Origin: Phoronis australis
Lineage: Eukaryota > Animalia > Phoronida
NCBI GenBank assembly: GCA_002633005.1
Contig: NMRA01000012.1
Coordinates: 1,320,564-1,384,563, forward strand
Direction of reading: 5' to 3'
DNA: 64,000 nucleotides
In this document: positions 42,177 through 54,400 of the stretch, piece by piece
Position numbering within the stretch: the stretch's first letter is position 1
How the letters are laid out: the number at the start of each line of letters is the position of its first letter
The notes under the pieces: generated by a model
Seen by the model: only the letters and a program-made list of their open reading frames with translations
Databases searched by the model: none
Told to the model about the DNA's origin: nothing
Program-made: the position numbers and the translations under genes

Positions 42177-43086
42177 TGGTGGAACTTTTTCTGTTGCACC
42201 ATCCTATGATCCAAAGACATGAACGAATAGGCGTATCAGGTAGGGGGGCAATTGGTCCTCCAAATTCAAGCAAAAAGTGCAGGCAAGTTAGGAAATGATT
42301 TTGGCAAATTAAATTGCATTTCGCCACTGTTCAGCTGTCAATGTCAAATTCTTAACTGAAGTGCTTTTGAGTTTAAAAACAATGCTAATTTTAAGGTTTG
42401 CCAACGCCAATAAACTCTGAATAATTTTCTCGAGTCGCTGATGATAACGAAGCTGTTGTTGGTATCAAAAGAGAATATTAGGAGACCAATTTTATAAGAG
42501 TAAAAGACCTAACTCGACTTCAATTTTTCATTAGCTAAACAAGGCAAAATGCAGCTTTATGAAAGTAATTGGACAAAACAATCACTCGGCCGAAGACCAG
42601 GATCCAAATACGCTTTTGCATGTATGGTAATCCTTCAGTCATTTTGCAGGAACGTAACTTTCTACAATTGCCATTATTTGGTTTTATGAAGGCCAACTTG
42701 GTTGTGGAAAGTAATCCGAATTGATCAAGTGTTGTTCCTTGGCTGTTGTGCAGTGTATATGATGCTAATAACGAACTAGTGTTTTTTACTAAATAAAATT
42801 CTACTTTTTTGCTATGTGATCTGTTCAATAGATGAATAATTGGCGTGGTCTTGGATGGGTGACAATAGTGGACGTTGGAGAGAGATGAATTCATCTTCAT
42901 TGAGCTTTCACTTGCGATGCTTTGTCGAGTTGCACCTTTCCTGGGAATTGAATGTTTAAACAAACCTTTTCTGGAATTAACTTATGTATTTTGAAAGTAT
43001 CATAGATATCAAGCAGTGTATTTAGATATTGTGTTTCACTTATGCATTTTAGTAACTGTAACAATGTACTGATTTTCTTTTTGTAG

Positions 43087-44431
43087 GATTGGCTGATAAC
43101 CAGTCTCTGCTATGCGGGGAGTCCATGCTGAAAGCGAGTCCCCCTGGTGACCAAAGTGCAAAAGTTGACAGTATCTTATGGAAGTCGATAGACTCTGACA
43201 ATAACAATCTGCCACCTGTTGGAAAGCATGTGAACAGTGCCCCGCCAAGTGATGAGGGCAAACGAATGAATTCTGGCGGCCATGATAGAATGACCGGTCC
43301 GGGAACCACTACATCCAATGATAGTTGGTTAATCCAAGTCACGTCGCAACAGGCACGCGGACACAGCCTCCGCTCAGAACACGATGTTCAGCACGCCATG
43401 CTACCCTTGCCAGCCAGCGCGGGGGTGCAGTCAGGTGTATTCCGACCCCCGCTCACGGTGGGTGAACGGCCCCACCTGCTCTACTCAGGACAGTACCCTC
43501 AGTACACGACAGGAAGTTCTCTGCAACGATACTCTCCGACACTCTACTCCCAACAAGGCACTCTCAGCTCTTTGCATCCGCCGTACTACTATCCGGCCAG
43601 CTACAGCGCCCCCTACCAGGGACGTCCGTTGTTGCCGCATGACTACCCCTCGTACTCGGCCGTCCTAGCCAGTATGGGCAGCCATGTTCAGTCTCAGCTA
43701 CCTCGTTCCCCGTTTCCATTGCCAGCTGCGATACCTCATCAGTTTCCACACCCGAGTGCCACTGCCAGTGTAGGCACAGGGCGAACGGGTAGCCAGAGCA
43801 ACCCCAGCACGCACGCGTTGCTGAGTGATCCTCATAGACAGACACTTCGATCTCATCCTATGTCACGTGATAACAAAGACATAGAGAGTAGAACTTTACT
43901 GCAACCACCACAGCGCCGACCGTTGTCACCCCATGGTGGCGCCGAGCGGAAACTCGTGTCCTCGCCGCATGAGCGAAGGGCAGAGCACAGACGATCTCCA
44001 GACATACGAGAGAAGAGACTCTCATCTAGTTCAACACAGGAAGGCACGCTGAGACAGAGACTCAGTGCCAGACCCTCAGATATAGGTGTAGAAAGTGCAC
44101 AGTTGGGCGACAGTTCGCGCAGACGACACAGCGAACGCTCGCCAAAACGTTTACGTCAGTCTTTGGGGCATCCGCCCCCATTACAACAGTCATCAAGCAC
44201 GGCACCACCCGTCACCCCNATTTCCCGCCCCACTTCAACAAAGGCTCAATTATCCAACTTGCTAATGGTGAACTGAAGCGTGTCGAGGAACTGCGGACTG
44301 AGGACTTTGTGGACAGTGCCGATCACAGTAGTGACTTGAAAATAGACTCCAGTACAGTGGTGCGGATCGATCAACAGCCAGAGAAGGGCACAGTCATATT
44401 GGGCTTCTCTGTTGGCGAGCATCGCGTGCAG
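43087..44431 (+). CDS. ATXN1: Ataxin-1-like protein, large coding exon (low-complexity N-terminus plus first half of the AXH domain); apparent 1-nt frameshift at N 44219
   Basis: Acceptor ttttctttttgtag at 43086, first in-frame ATG at 43125, then a long P/S/Y/H-rich ORF. After the N the shifted frame reads FPPHFNKGSIIQLANGELKRVEELRTEDFVDSADHSSDLKIDSSTVVRIDQQPEKGTVILGFSVGEHRVQ. This matches the recalled human AXH sequence (PYFMKGSIIQLANGELKKVEDLKTEDF...LKIDSSTV...FAVGEHRAQ). Donor CAG|GTAATT at 44431/44432. Confidence 0.93.
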
Positions 44432-47400
44432 GTAATTGAGGTGGTAGAATGAATCTAATCAAAACTACCATTCTTGTCCTGAATGATGCCCGTTACATTA
44501 GTCAGGAGGCATGGTACATAGTGTTAGGGCCACTGCAGACTGAGAGCCATGAGCTCAGCCACCTGCCTTCAGTGAATGATTGTTGAGCTGACAGATCACG
44601 TCAAGGTGTGAACTGGGAGCTAATTCATTCAATTGTTGTTTTATTTTCATGCCTTGACCAGAGCTGTTTGCTCAGCTATGATTCACTTGAGACAGACAGA
44701 TGAGCTGGTAAGTTTTCAGTCTGTGGTGGCCCTTTATGTATAAGTACATATCTACCATACGTGACCTCAGTGACGGCCATAATCTTTGTGAGGTGGCACA
44801 TTTGTCGATGCATAAATTCAGAACTACTGTACATTTTGTATTAGTGGCTATGACAGTTTTTTTGAAGTGTTTGGGGTGCAGTTCTCACAAACAGCTGAAT
44901 CGTACCAATGCACTAAGAAATATATTTTTTGTCAATCGCCTTGCATGCAGTATCAGAAAAAAAACATCTCACTAATTTCGGACAAAAAAATCGCCAAAAT
45001 TGTGCTTTTTTCATTTTCAGGGGCTTCCAACATTGTTGCGGATGCCCACAATTTCAAACTATTGTTTGATAATAGCTGTAATGCCAAACAAGTATTAAGT
45101 TGGTGCAACTATCTTTTATAGGAAAAATGAGATTTCACGTGTCAGCCATATTGTTTCGGCTGTGTTGTGTCCTAAATTGATGAGATTTTCCTGTAATGTA
45201 CTGTTTTTAAGTGACAGATGAGTATATTAAGTGTGTTTTGGGAGTTGGAATTATTGCTAGTGGCATTTAAAGGTTTAAAAAGTCATGAAATTATTGGGAG
45301 TTGGGGGTGGATTTTCAGTGATTATGGTCATTAACCACTACAACTTCTGTAAATAGATGTAATATATCAGAAATTGATAAACAACTTTGTTATTGGCAGT
45401 CCAGCAACTGTGGCGATGTTAGTGTTTCTTTTAAAATTTGACATGTTTTAATTTTCTTCTTTTTATTTGTCTATTTATTTGTTTATTATTTACTTATTTA
45501 GTAATTTCATCTCTATTAATTTATTGAATCTTTAACCGATGTTGTTATTGGTGCCGAAACATCTCGTATTTTGCAAACAATGGTACACTTGTTTAATCAA
45601 TGAGGGCATTAGTGCTGCAACTAAATTGATCTGCTTGACTAATCCTGTTAATCACATTCACCAAGCTAAAAAAGTACACAATCGTATTCAAGGTTGGCCA
45701 TTATTATTCAAGCTTGGACAATATTATGCACGCTTGGGCAATATAACTGAGGTTGGCCAATATTATTCAAGCTTTTTGGGTCTACTTTATTAAAGACTTA
45801 ATACTAAGCTTGCAAAACCTTGCTGGAAATATGTTTACGTTACATAGGACTGTATCGAGAAGTCTTTGTATTTAACCAAATCTAAAAAACTATAAATTTT
45901 AACTCATTAAAAGTATATATTTTCTGAAAGTAGAAAGTCTGTAGAATTTCGTTTTCAGCTTTTTACTAATCTGTTATTTCTTGGGTAACATGCCCATATT
46001 TTTTTATTTTTAAGTACAATTTAAGAAAAAATGAAAGGGACATTGACAGCTAAACAACAGTATCTTTTGTTTTCGATGAGGTCTCAAAAATGCTGTTGTT
46101 TCATAAAATATTCCGTTTTATGCTATTTTAGAGCTTTTTCATGCAAAAGTGGAAAATTTTAAAAACTATAGCATTTTAGAGAGTGGTGCATAAAGCTTAG
46201 TATTTAGATGTTTCATATGGATCCGACCAGGAATTTCTTAGAATGGGATGACAAGCCACTAGAAGTCAGCCAAAAGTCGAATTTTTAATAGTCCATCAAA
46301 GTGGAAATTTTAAAAACATTTTCTAGCAGTATTTTGTCGTTGTACAAACCTTAGTATTTGAAAGTTTCATGTGAATCCGATCTGCCATTTCTGAGATACG
46401 ATGTTTGAAATTTAGCCAAATGTAGACACCTTTCCATGGTCCGACACTTGAGTGTAGACAACGCTGTTACACTGGAACAGGGTTGTGTTCCATGTATACG
46501 AGAAACTCGTAGAATAGCAAGATCACACAAGATCACACCAAATCATATGCGTTTAAGGCTAGTGTTTCACTAGTAGAATGCCCAGGACCTTAGTAGGTTG
46601 CCATACCAAAATGGTGGCCACTGAAGTGATTGGTCGGTGAGGTTGGAATGTTGAATTATGCGATATAATTCACTGTTTCCCGTCACGAGCAAAGATTTCA
46701 TGCCATAAGTGTTTTGCAATTGTGATGGCTGTACGGAACGAACCCTGGGTCATAGGATGTGCTCATTTTGATGACTAATCGGTAATTAAACAAGTCATTC
46801 TTGGTGACTGAATTCGCTAAAGATTAAGCTTGAATTATATTAGTGAGCACAAGAAAATTCAAACTTGAACAAAATATCGAAATAAGTCAACATGCAGTTA
46901 AGCTTCTTTAAGTGTGGTCAAATTTAGCTAAGAAAGCTCAAGGTCTGTGAACATGTACCAGCAATATCCTGTCCTAACAATAGTCACAACCTAATAATTT
47001 CCAATTTGACTAATTTGTTAATTATTGTTCCTGTAACTTACTGACTTAATGAGGATTTTTCCTGATGCCTCAGCTTTTTACCAAGAAATAAGTATGGCTA
47101 TTGAGTTGTTAAATCCTTGGTAAAATTCAGATTTATTCACCACAGTTTTGTTAAAGTTAGATTTCTTCATCACAGTTTGGGTAAAATTCAGATTTCTTCA
47201 TTCAGTATAGGACGCAACATGGCAGACAAGGGAAATTTTATTTTTTTCGTAAAAGATAAGTTACACCAAATATATGCTTTATCATTTTAAATTATTATGG
47301 TATATATCTACAGTAACCATAGCTACAAAAGACGATGTTTTGAGAAATTCTTGGCATTCACAGTAATGTCCATTGTCGTTGAAAAATGAAATAAGATCAG

Positions 47401-48631
47401 TGTTGGCAATTATTGTTTCCGAAATTGGTGGGATGTTACGGTACAATTTTAGTATTTGAGGTGTTTTCACTATTCAGTGTTGTCTATGGTGCCTATGAAA
47501 GCTGCAACAAACTTATTGTTGACTTTGATTTCACTCTTACAAAAGTATACGTCTAATTAACTTTCGTCTGGCCCGATAATGGCTTCTGTAGCCGCAGGCA
47601 AAGACTGTTAGTCTATCTGAGTATCAGTGGGGAAAAAACCTACTGACAGTATAATGGATGAGATCTATATGCTCAGTTTTGGAGAGTAATGGAAAATTAA
47701 CAAATTTGCTTTAATTTTCGCCAGCAATTTTTCGCCTGAATAATTCATGTCGTCATCTTTTACGCAAATGGAGTTTGGACAGAGCTCTCTCCCATCTGTT
47801 CCATTGAGCGACAGATTTTACATTAGTTTTTTTAGTGCTCGTCTTTGTGCTAACATGGAAATTATTTTCTAAAACTTGCATAAGAGGCCTGTTCTCACTT
47901 AGCTGATCTGTAGAACATGCTTTGCATGCGATGTTTATTACTGAGCTACAGATTTGTTAAGGATGAAGTGTTATCATAGCAGGCAAGTTTAAATAGTTAA
48001 AAGCATAGTGTCTGTCTATATTCATAATTTGTCTTCTTCAAATTCGTAGGATTCCGAATGTAATGAAAAGCATACCAAAATGTAACAAAACAAAGAAGGT
48101 GGTTATTTTTAGGTACTTGCCTTTGGTGTCCCCTAATGCAGATTTGGTGTTTTGTTACCTGCCTGGTCAATGGTCCAGTAACGTCAACAGTTAGTTCCCT
48201 TACACGATGTCATTTTGATGTTTTGGACCATGTCACATAAAATTAAATAAAATTAAGGTGCCAAAATCAGAAATGATAATAGTAATGAAGTCAGATTTAC
48301 GTAGGGCTGTAATTTACTAGGCACTTTGAAATTATTGTCTGGCTAAAGACGTGGTCAGTTTTAATTCTTCACTACTCCCTAGGAGCATACAATGGGTGCA
48401 ACTGTTGTCGAACACAACAATTAATCCAAACATATAGTTTTGTTGTAAATTGACCACCTGTTATCTGAATCAGAAAAAAATCCAAGACTTGCATTTTTTT
48501 TGAAAGTATGATGTGACTGCATTTCTATTCCTATTTGTGTGTCCAACTTACGTCATAATAGTGCTAGACAAGTCATCACTGAACATCAGAATGTTTTTGT
48601 GTCGTAAACGTGTATTTAGCCCTTGTGGTCA

Positions 48632-49052
48632 GTTGCATGAAACAGTCCCAAATTGGGACTCAACTAAGGTCCTTAAGTCTTTTTGCGTATTCGTGTCTTT
48701 ATCGACTCACAGACGCAAAATTTTCTACCATTTCATCTTTATTATGATCTCCTATTTGGTTAATGACATTTTCTAACAATATTACTAAAAACTGAGCCCA
48801 AAGTACATTGAAAATAAATATTGAGTTAGTCCATAAATTGGAGGTGTTGCATGAAAAGATCCCTAATTATTTTCGATAATATTGACAATTCAACGTAGAG
48901 TTCACTCTCGATTTGTATCAAAGTCAAAAGTTGACTTAGTAATGAAACTAAAACAATACAAGAAAGGGCAATTTATGTTTTCACAAGTCCAAAAATACGC
49001 AATAGATTTAGGGAACTTAGTTGAGTCCCTATTTGGGACTGTTTCATGCAAC
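48632..49052. mobile_element. Intronic MITE with ~60-bp TIRs
   Basis: gttgcatgaaacagtcccaaattgggactcaactaag at 48632 and its near reverse complement ending at 49052. The ORF track shows LHETVPNxDSTK on both strands. Confidence 0.88.
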
Positions 49053-49283
49053 CGGGCTCTGGTGTATACATGTGAAACTGCATCTATATCTGAAATTATA
49101 TGCACGTGCTTCATGTGTAAAAACTTAAGTTAAACCAAGCATAAAATTTCTTAAGTATTCTATCTGTAAATCTTGATGTATCTGATATAAAGTGTCTGGA
49201 TATATTTTCAATGTAATGTTATGTAGGACTTAATTGACAACTCCATACATTTAGCCAAATATCTATTAAACTATAGAATTTAA

Positions 49284-49567
49284 CATGACCAAATTTCGTA
49301 TGATATAAATGTTCAAGATAAAGTCTCAAAAAGCGTTCTTACAGTTTTCTAAATTATCGTTTCATTTTAGTTTTATACAACTTGGATTTTTTTAATGAAA
49401 ATCATGCATGTCCTGTTTTTGATAGCCCCTCATGCAAAAGTGTTACATTTCAAACACAATTCCTTACACTAAGCATAGTATCTGTATGTTTCATGTGAAT
49501 CCAATCTGCCATTTCTGAGTTGCAGTGTTCCGAAGTTGGCCAAAATTGGACATTTTCCTATGGTCCT
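49284..49567 (-). repeat. Dispersed repeat copy (partner at 56510-56815), same family as 3297
   Basis: gaccaaatttcgtatgatataaatgttcaag... versus gaccaaatctcgtatgatctaaatgttcaag... at 56511. Confidence 0.75.
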
Positions 49568-50538
49568 CCGTAACTTTAACTCTTAACTATTGAATAAAAG
49601 GTATTAAGAATGGATGAAAGAAAGACTCACGAATAACATCAAATTGAAGACGCATGTGCAAGTGGTAGCATTTGAGTGATGCTTAATCACATACACCCAC
49701 ATGCGCAGCACTTAAGTAAAAAAATTGTTTGCCAACAAAGCATTTTTTTGAATGAAGACGCATATGCCTTAATATGCTAATAAGTCATTGTTGAAGTGGT
49801 GCTTGGAAGTATTCTGCAAGGTACAAAGAGCTTTGTTTACTGACCAGCGGTTCCGTCAGGTTGGAACTAAAGGTTAGCTAATTTAGAAGAGCCATCCAAT
49901 ATTAACATGGTGTAAAAGTACTGCCCTTCAGCTATATCAATAATGTGTCACCATTATAGAAATAGCAATGTGTTACAGCCTCTGGGTGAGGTGCTCATAT
50001 TGTTAATGTCTTTAGGCTACTGATGGTTTTTAAGCCACTGTTTGTATTTGTGTTGGTGATATTGTGTCCGCCGATTGAACCAGGAAGTACTGTACAAGCT
50101 CACCTGTAGCTGCAGTTATGATTTGTCAGCAAATTTGATATGATTTTTGGCTCAAAACATCAATATCAAGATTGTCATGTTCTAGAGCCATGAAGGATCT
50201 CTGTGTTCTTATTTAAATTAGTGTTCCTGAAAGTTCCTAACTTGTATTTAATTAAGTCTGTCATAATTAATATATTTTAGTTTGGAATATAAAATGGATG
50301 GTGGGAGTCATCGTAAAGTAAACTATTTTGAGGATTTCTTTTACTCTGGAATACTCTGAAAGTGTTAAATTGTGGTAGTGATGTTGGTAGATCCTTGAAT
50401 TGTGAAAAACCGTATAGGAAAATCTCACCAGTTTTGGAGAAAAATAATTAGCTCTATTCATTTCTGAAGGGAGATTTTAGCCATGTAGTGACAGAGATAA
50501 AATTATTGTCTAACATGTTCTCATGTTCTTTATTGCAG

Positions 50539-50889
50539 GTCACTGTGGAGGCAACAGTTGAGCATCCATTTTATGTGTTCAACCGCGGGTGGTCATCTTG
50601 CCAACCTCAGAGGACCCTACAGAGGTTTGGTCTGGACTGCAGCCAACTCCAAGTTGGCGACTTGTGCATTTCTCTCACACAAAAACACATTCAGCCACCC
50701 GTCGTCACAGTGCCCAGTGGTGCTCATGAGGCGACCTCTGGTGTCAAGTCATCGGTGGCGGCACCACAAGTGGGTGGGCATGGTGGAGGATCGGCAGGGA
50801 ACTCGCGGAAAAGGCGTTGGTCAGCGCCTGATCAGTTCCAGTCGGATGAGCGAGACAAGCAAGACTCACCTACGGCGGAGAAAACGTGA
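50539..50889 (+). CDS. ATXN1: Ataxin-1-like protein, last coding exon (second half of AXH plus RKRRWSAP motif)
   Basis: VTVEATVEHPFYVFNRGWSSCQPQRTLQRFGLDCSQLQVGDLCISLT matches human VSVEVLVEYPFFVFGQGWSSCCPERTSQLFDLPCSKLSVGDVCISLT. RKRRWSAP is encoded at 50806-50829; stop TGA at 50887-50889. Confidence 0.96.
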   Translation, partial: VTVEATVEHPFYVFNRGWSSCQPQRTLQRFGLDCSQLQVGDLCISLTQKHIQPPVVTVPSGAHEATSGVKSSVAAPQVGGHGGGSAGNSRKRRWSAPDQFQSDERDKQDSPTAEKT

Positions 50890-51069
50890 TGATGGAGACT
50901 ATAGGTTAACATGGCTGCATCTCACCTCGAGGTCAATCAGTGCATATCTCACAATGCAGTTGATTTGTCAGCCGGTATATTCCATGACACAATTGTACAC
51001 ATTGCATAAGTTCATAGTTTCTAAATGCAGTGTTGAAGAAATCTAGCGTTACTCCATTAAATGCATGTA

Positions 51070-51469
51070 CCGTACTTTTCCGGGTAAACGCTCTTGTTTG
51101 GCTTAGCTCCCACCTTCGAAATTTCCCAATTTTCACTTTTAAACGCCCATTCTAGACTTAGCGCCCATCCTCGGATGAGTGCCAGTGTCTTTGTGAATAC
51201 CCGTCTCTTTCGAGTTTTAGCTCTCAAAACATATGCGGCAAAAATGCACACCTTTTACTGAAGGAGACAGAGCATCATTCTTTTGGCTCATGCGCATTAC
51301 AATATTATCGAACACGGGTGCAAAAATGGTGAAGGCATTTTTATGAGTGAATTGATCATTTGTTTAAATTCTCATCCCAAAATTTCGATTGGTGCTCGGC
51401 TGAATGCCCACCACTTTGATTTTTTTAATTTCCCAATTAAAATGCCACTTGTAACCTGGAGAAGTGCGG
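51070..51469. mobile_element. Tc1/mariner-pogo-type MITE with TA TSD
   Basis: TA|CCGTACTTTTCCGGGT ... ACCTGGAGAAGTGCGG|TA (imperfect TIRs). Confidence 0.75.
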
Positions 51470-54400
51470 TATAGTCTGAGTCTTTCAGCAAGTCACCTGT
51501 GTTCAGTAAGTAAGTGTGACAACCACGAAGACAAAAATATCATTGAGGCAATATTTCCAGTTATGTTCATGGTTGTCACCTTTGTCATTTTTATGTCTAG
51601 AATTTTAATACAGAAACAGAATTAGGCATTTAAATTTCATTGTGAATCAAAATATTGAACTTGGGAAGTAGATGTTAAAAGTGAATGTCTTATCATTGTT
51701 TAACCATTAAAAATGGTGTGAAATTAGGTTGTTCAATTTTTGTTGTGACTGATTTTAAACACTATGTTGTTGTTTTGGCATGAGAAATTGGCATTGATTT
51801 TGTTTTGGCTTGTGTATTGTAATATTACGGTCAATTGAGATGCATGGATAATTGTCAATTGTTTCTCAATTTTCTGTTTTAAGAAGCTCATCGATCATGT
51901 TCTGAACACTCGGTGTCTTCGTATAAGATTTAGCAGGAATTATCCAGGTCTCTGGATATATATACTTTCTATATTGCTTGTTGTTTTAATCCTTAAATGG
52001 CCAAACACTGAGTCTTTGGGTGTATACCAACGTTCACTGGGACCATTTCATTTGATTGTGTAATTTGTTTTATTAAAGCACAATGCACTGAATTGAAATT
52101 ACCATTTGTGATACTGTCTTTTCATGGATATTGCTAATAAAGTTTCTGTGTTGTGGCAAATTGGTAAATGGTGATGGTGTCTATCCTGATAGTGGCAACA
52201 TTGTCTTTTTGAATGATTACAATATTAATAGTCTTGAGACACCAACTTTGGAAAAAATAACTACCAAAATTGCCAGAAGCACTCAGCATTCCTGTGATTG
52301 CACTCAGTTTTTTTTTTCCAAAATACTGTCCGACACAGAAAGAATACAAAGCATAACCTTGATGGTGCTTATGCCTTATGAAAAAAAATGAAAAAATGTT
52401 ATTTCAGATGTGCTAAATTTAGGATCTTTTACCATTGCTTGTCCAGAGCCACCTTTTGTAAGTCCAGTTTCTTGAGAGTTTGGGGAGACAATGCATGTCT
52501 TGGTGAGACATCACTATGCATTACAGGCGAAGCTTGTGATTGCATTCTTTCACTTGCCGTTATTGTGTTCCCTTTTAACCCATTGTTTAAACGTATCCAG
52601 GGGCTGTTACATTGCAGTTTTAGCATAATTTTGCATACTTGTTGATTGCTAGAGCCCATCATTTGGCCTTTTTTAGATCACATGTATGTAGAAGGTAGAA
52701 AAATATCAAACCCAAACCATCAGTTTTTGCTTATTTAAGCAAACTTAAGCGAATTGTTAAATTGATGTCACGTGTCCGCATCGTTTTGTATAGGGAAGGT
52801 TCAGTTTCTTGTATCCATCTATTGCCAGATACAGATTGACTTCACGAACTGGAATGGACGAGTCTTGTTGGTACTCTTGTATTGTTGAACATGTCGGATT
52901 TAATGTGAAATTTAGACTCTGATGAATTTGTTACCTTGAGCAGATGCAGCCATGTTTCCGTTGGATGATCTCGCCCCGTGGGTGAGTTGAATGGTGTATT
53001 TATTAACCGCGATTCTTTCAGACAACTTTTGGGCATGTAAATAATGTTGTGTCATGGAGAGGATAGCTCAAGTCGAACGATGATCTCAGTCAATGTGGAG
53101 TATCCAGAGTCGGGGCTTATATAAAAATATATTATATTCTTTGTGTACATTTTCGGACAATACACATGTATATTGTATGCTTGTTTTGTTCCTTGCTTGT
53201 GTCTGTCATGGAATCATGAGATTCACAACCATTTTACTTTTTTAATTTTGTTTACAGTTTTAACACAGTAAAACTTCTCTCTGACTCTAACAGTATGAAT
53301 CCTATGAGGTTTGCCACTTGTTTTTCTGATCATAGGTTTAGAAGACAGTGTTAAACGTAAAGCGGCTACTAACCGGCGTTCTGTCTAAGAAACTATTTGG
53401 TTTAGATCTGTTACAGTTATAAATCTCAACTTGCTTATTACTCAGATGAGAAATGATTTCAAGTCCTGGGAAAAATTCGTTTTACTCGAGACCATGCTAG
53501 ACACAAGGAAAAGACCTACGTGATAAGCCACTGTCTTCACTGAGGCCATGGCGAATTGTCAGGTCTTTTACCAAGCCAAGAAATCATCAAATTTGACTAA
53601 AGAACAATTTGATACAAAATATACTGTGGTAAGTGATAAAAGTCAAATGTTAGTTTTTGACGAAAGGGGATTCATAGTCACTTTAATTATGTGATTATTT
53701 CATAATTTCCAGGCTTGTTATAAAACCTCGTAATTATTTCAGTGTTTGCAAAATGACTTATTTTGGTTTGCCCTATGTTAAAAAGTCGCTTGCAAAATAT
53801 ACTGAAACACAAAAGATTATTTAAACTCCTCACTTGAGTTTATTGTGTAAAACCTTGTGTGCGTTCTGCAGACACAAGGAACTAGTGTAAAAGCAAGACC
53901 ACGCAAAATTACCCGTGTGAAAGGCGAGTGTTTTGTTGGGTATGCTCGGGACCAAATTGGCGTAAACTATCCTGGCCACTCAACTGAGAGAACAACTTGT
54001 ACAAAAATTCGCAAAAAATAGCAATATTTTTATAAGCCTTAATCCTGGTGCGATGAATAAAATGCTTAAAAAGTTCACTTCGTTGAAAATCTAAGGTAAG
54101 TGACTGCGTAATGGTACAGTATATTTTGACATTGACGGACAGAAAAGTTGTTACATTCATAGACAACACGTAGCCCCGCGGTTGGCCGGTTAGGGGCTGC
54201 ACAGGCAACACGTAACCCCTCGGTTGGTATGCCTTCGGCATCCAGGGCGATGTAATTGCCTAGGGGCTACAAAGCACGCTTTCTGTACTAACTTCTTCCC
54301 GTGTATTTCAAACGGGCGGTAGGTAAAATCAGCTCACCACCGATTAAGGGTTTTCACCTCGTCAAGAATACATTCTACATTTATAACTACCACTTAAAAA

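Larger units (their letters stand above)
44432..50538 (+). other. ATXN1: Phase-0 GT-AG intron (6107 bp) splitting the AXH domain
   Basis: GTAATT donor and tgttctttattgcAG acceptor. Splicing joins ...GEHRVQ|VTVEATVEHPF... in frame. Confidence 0.93.

Noticed and set aside
43384-43668. Out-of-frame 94-aa ORF as an analogue of human Alt-ATXN1
   Set aside because: Such ORFs are expected by chance in GC-rich coding DNA. It lies behind several ATGs and shows no recognisable similarity.
44440-44635. Capicua-like TGAATGAA motifs suggesting ATXN1-CIC autoregulation
   Set aside because: Only one exact match (44624-44631, reverse strand). Similar 8-mers are scattered through this AT-rich window with no evident enrichment.
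50488-50538. ORF-track N-terminal extension of the last exon
   Set aside because: It is intronic; AXH homology starts exactly after the AG at 50537-50538.
50558-51046. 162-aa overlapping ORF
   Set aside because: It is a shadow frame of the AXH exon with no independent evidence.
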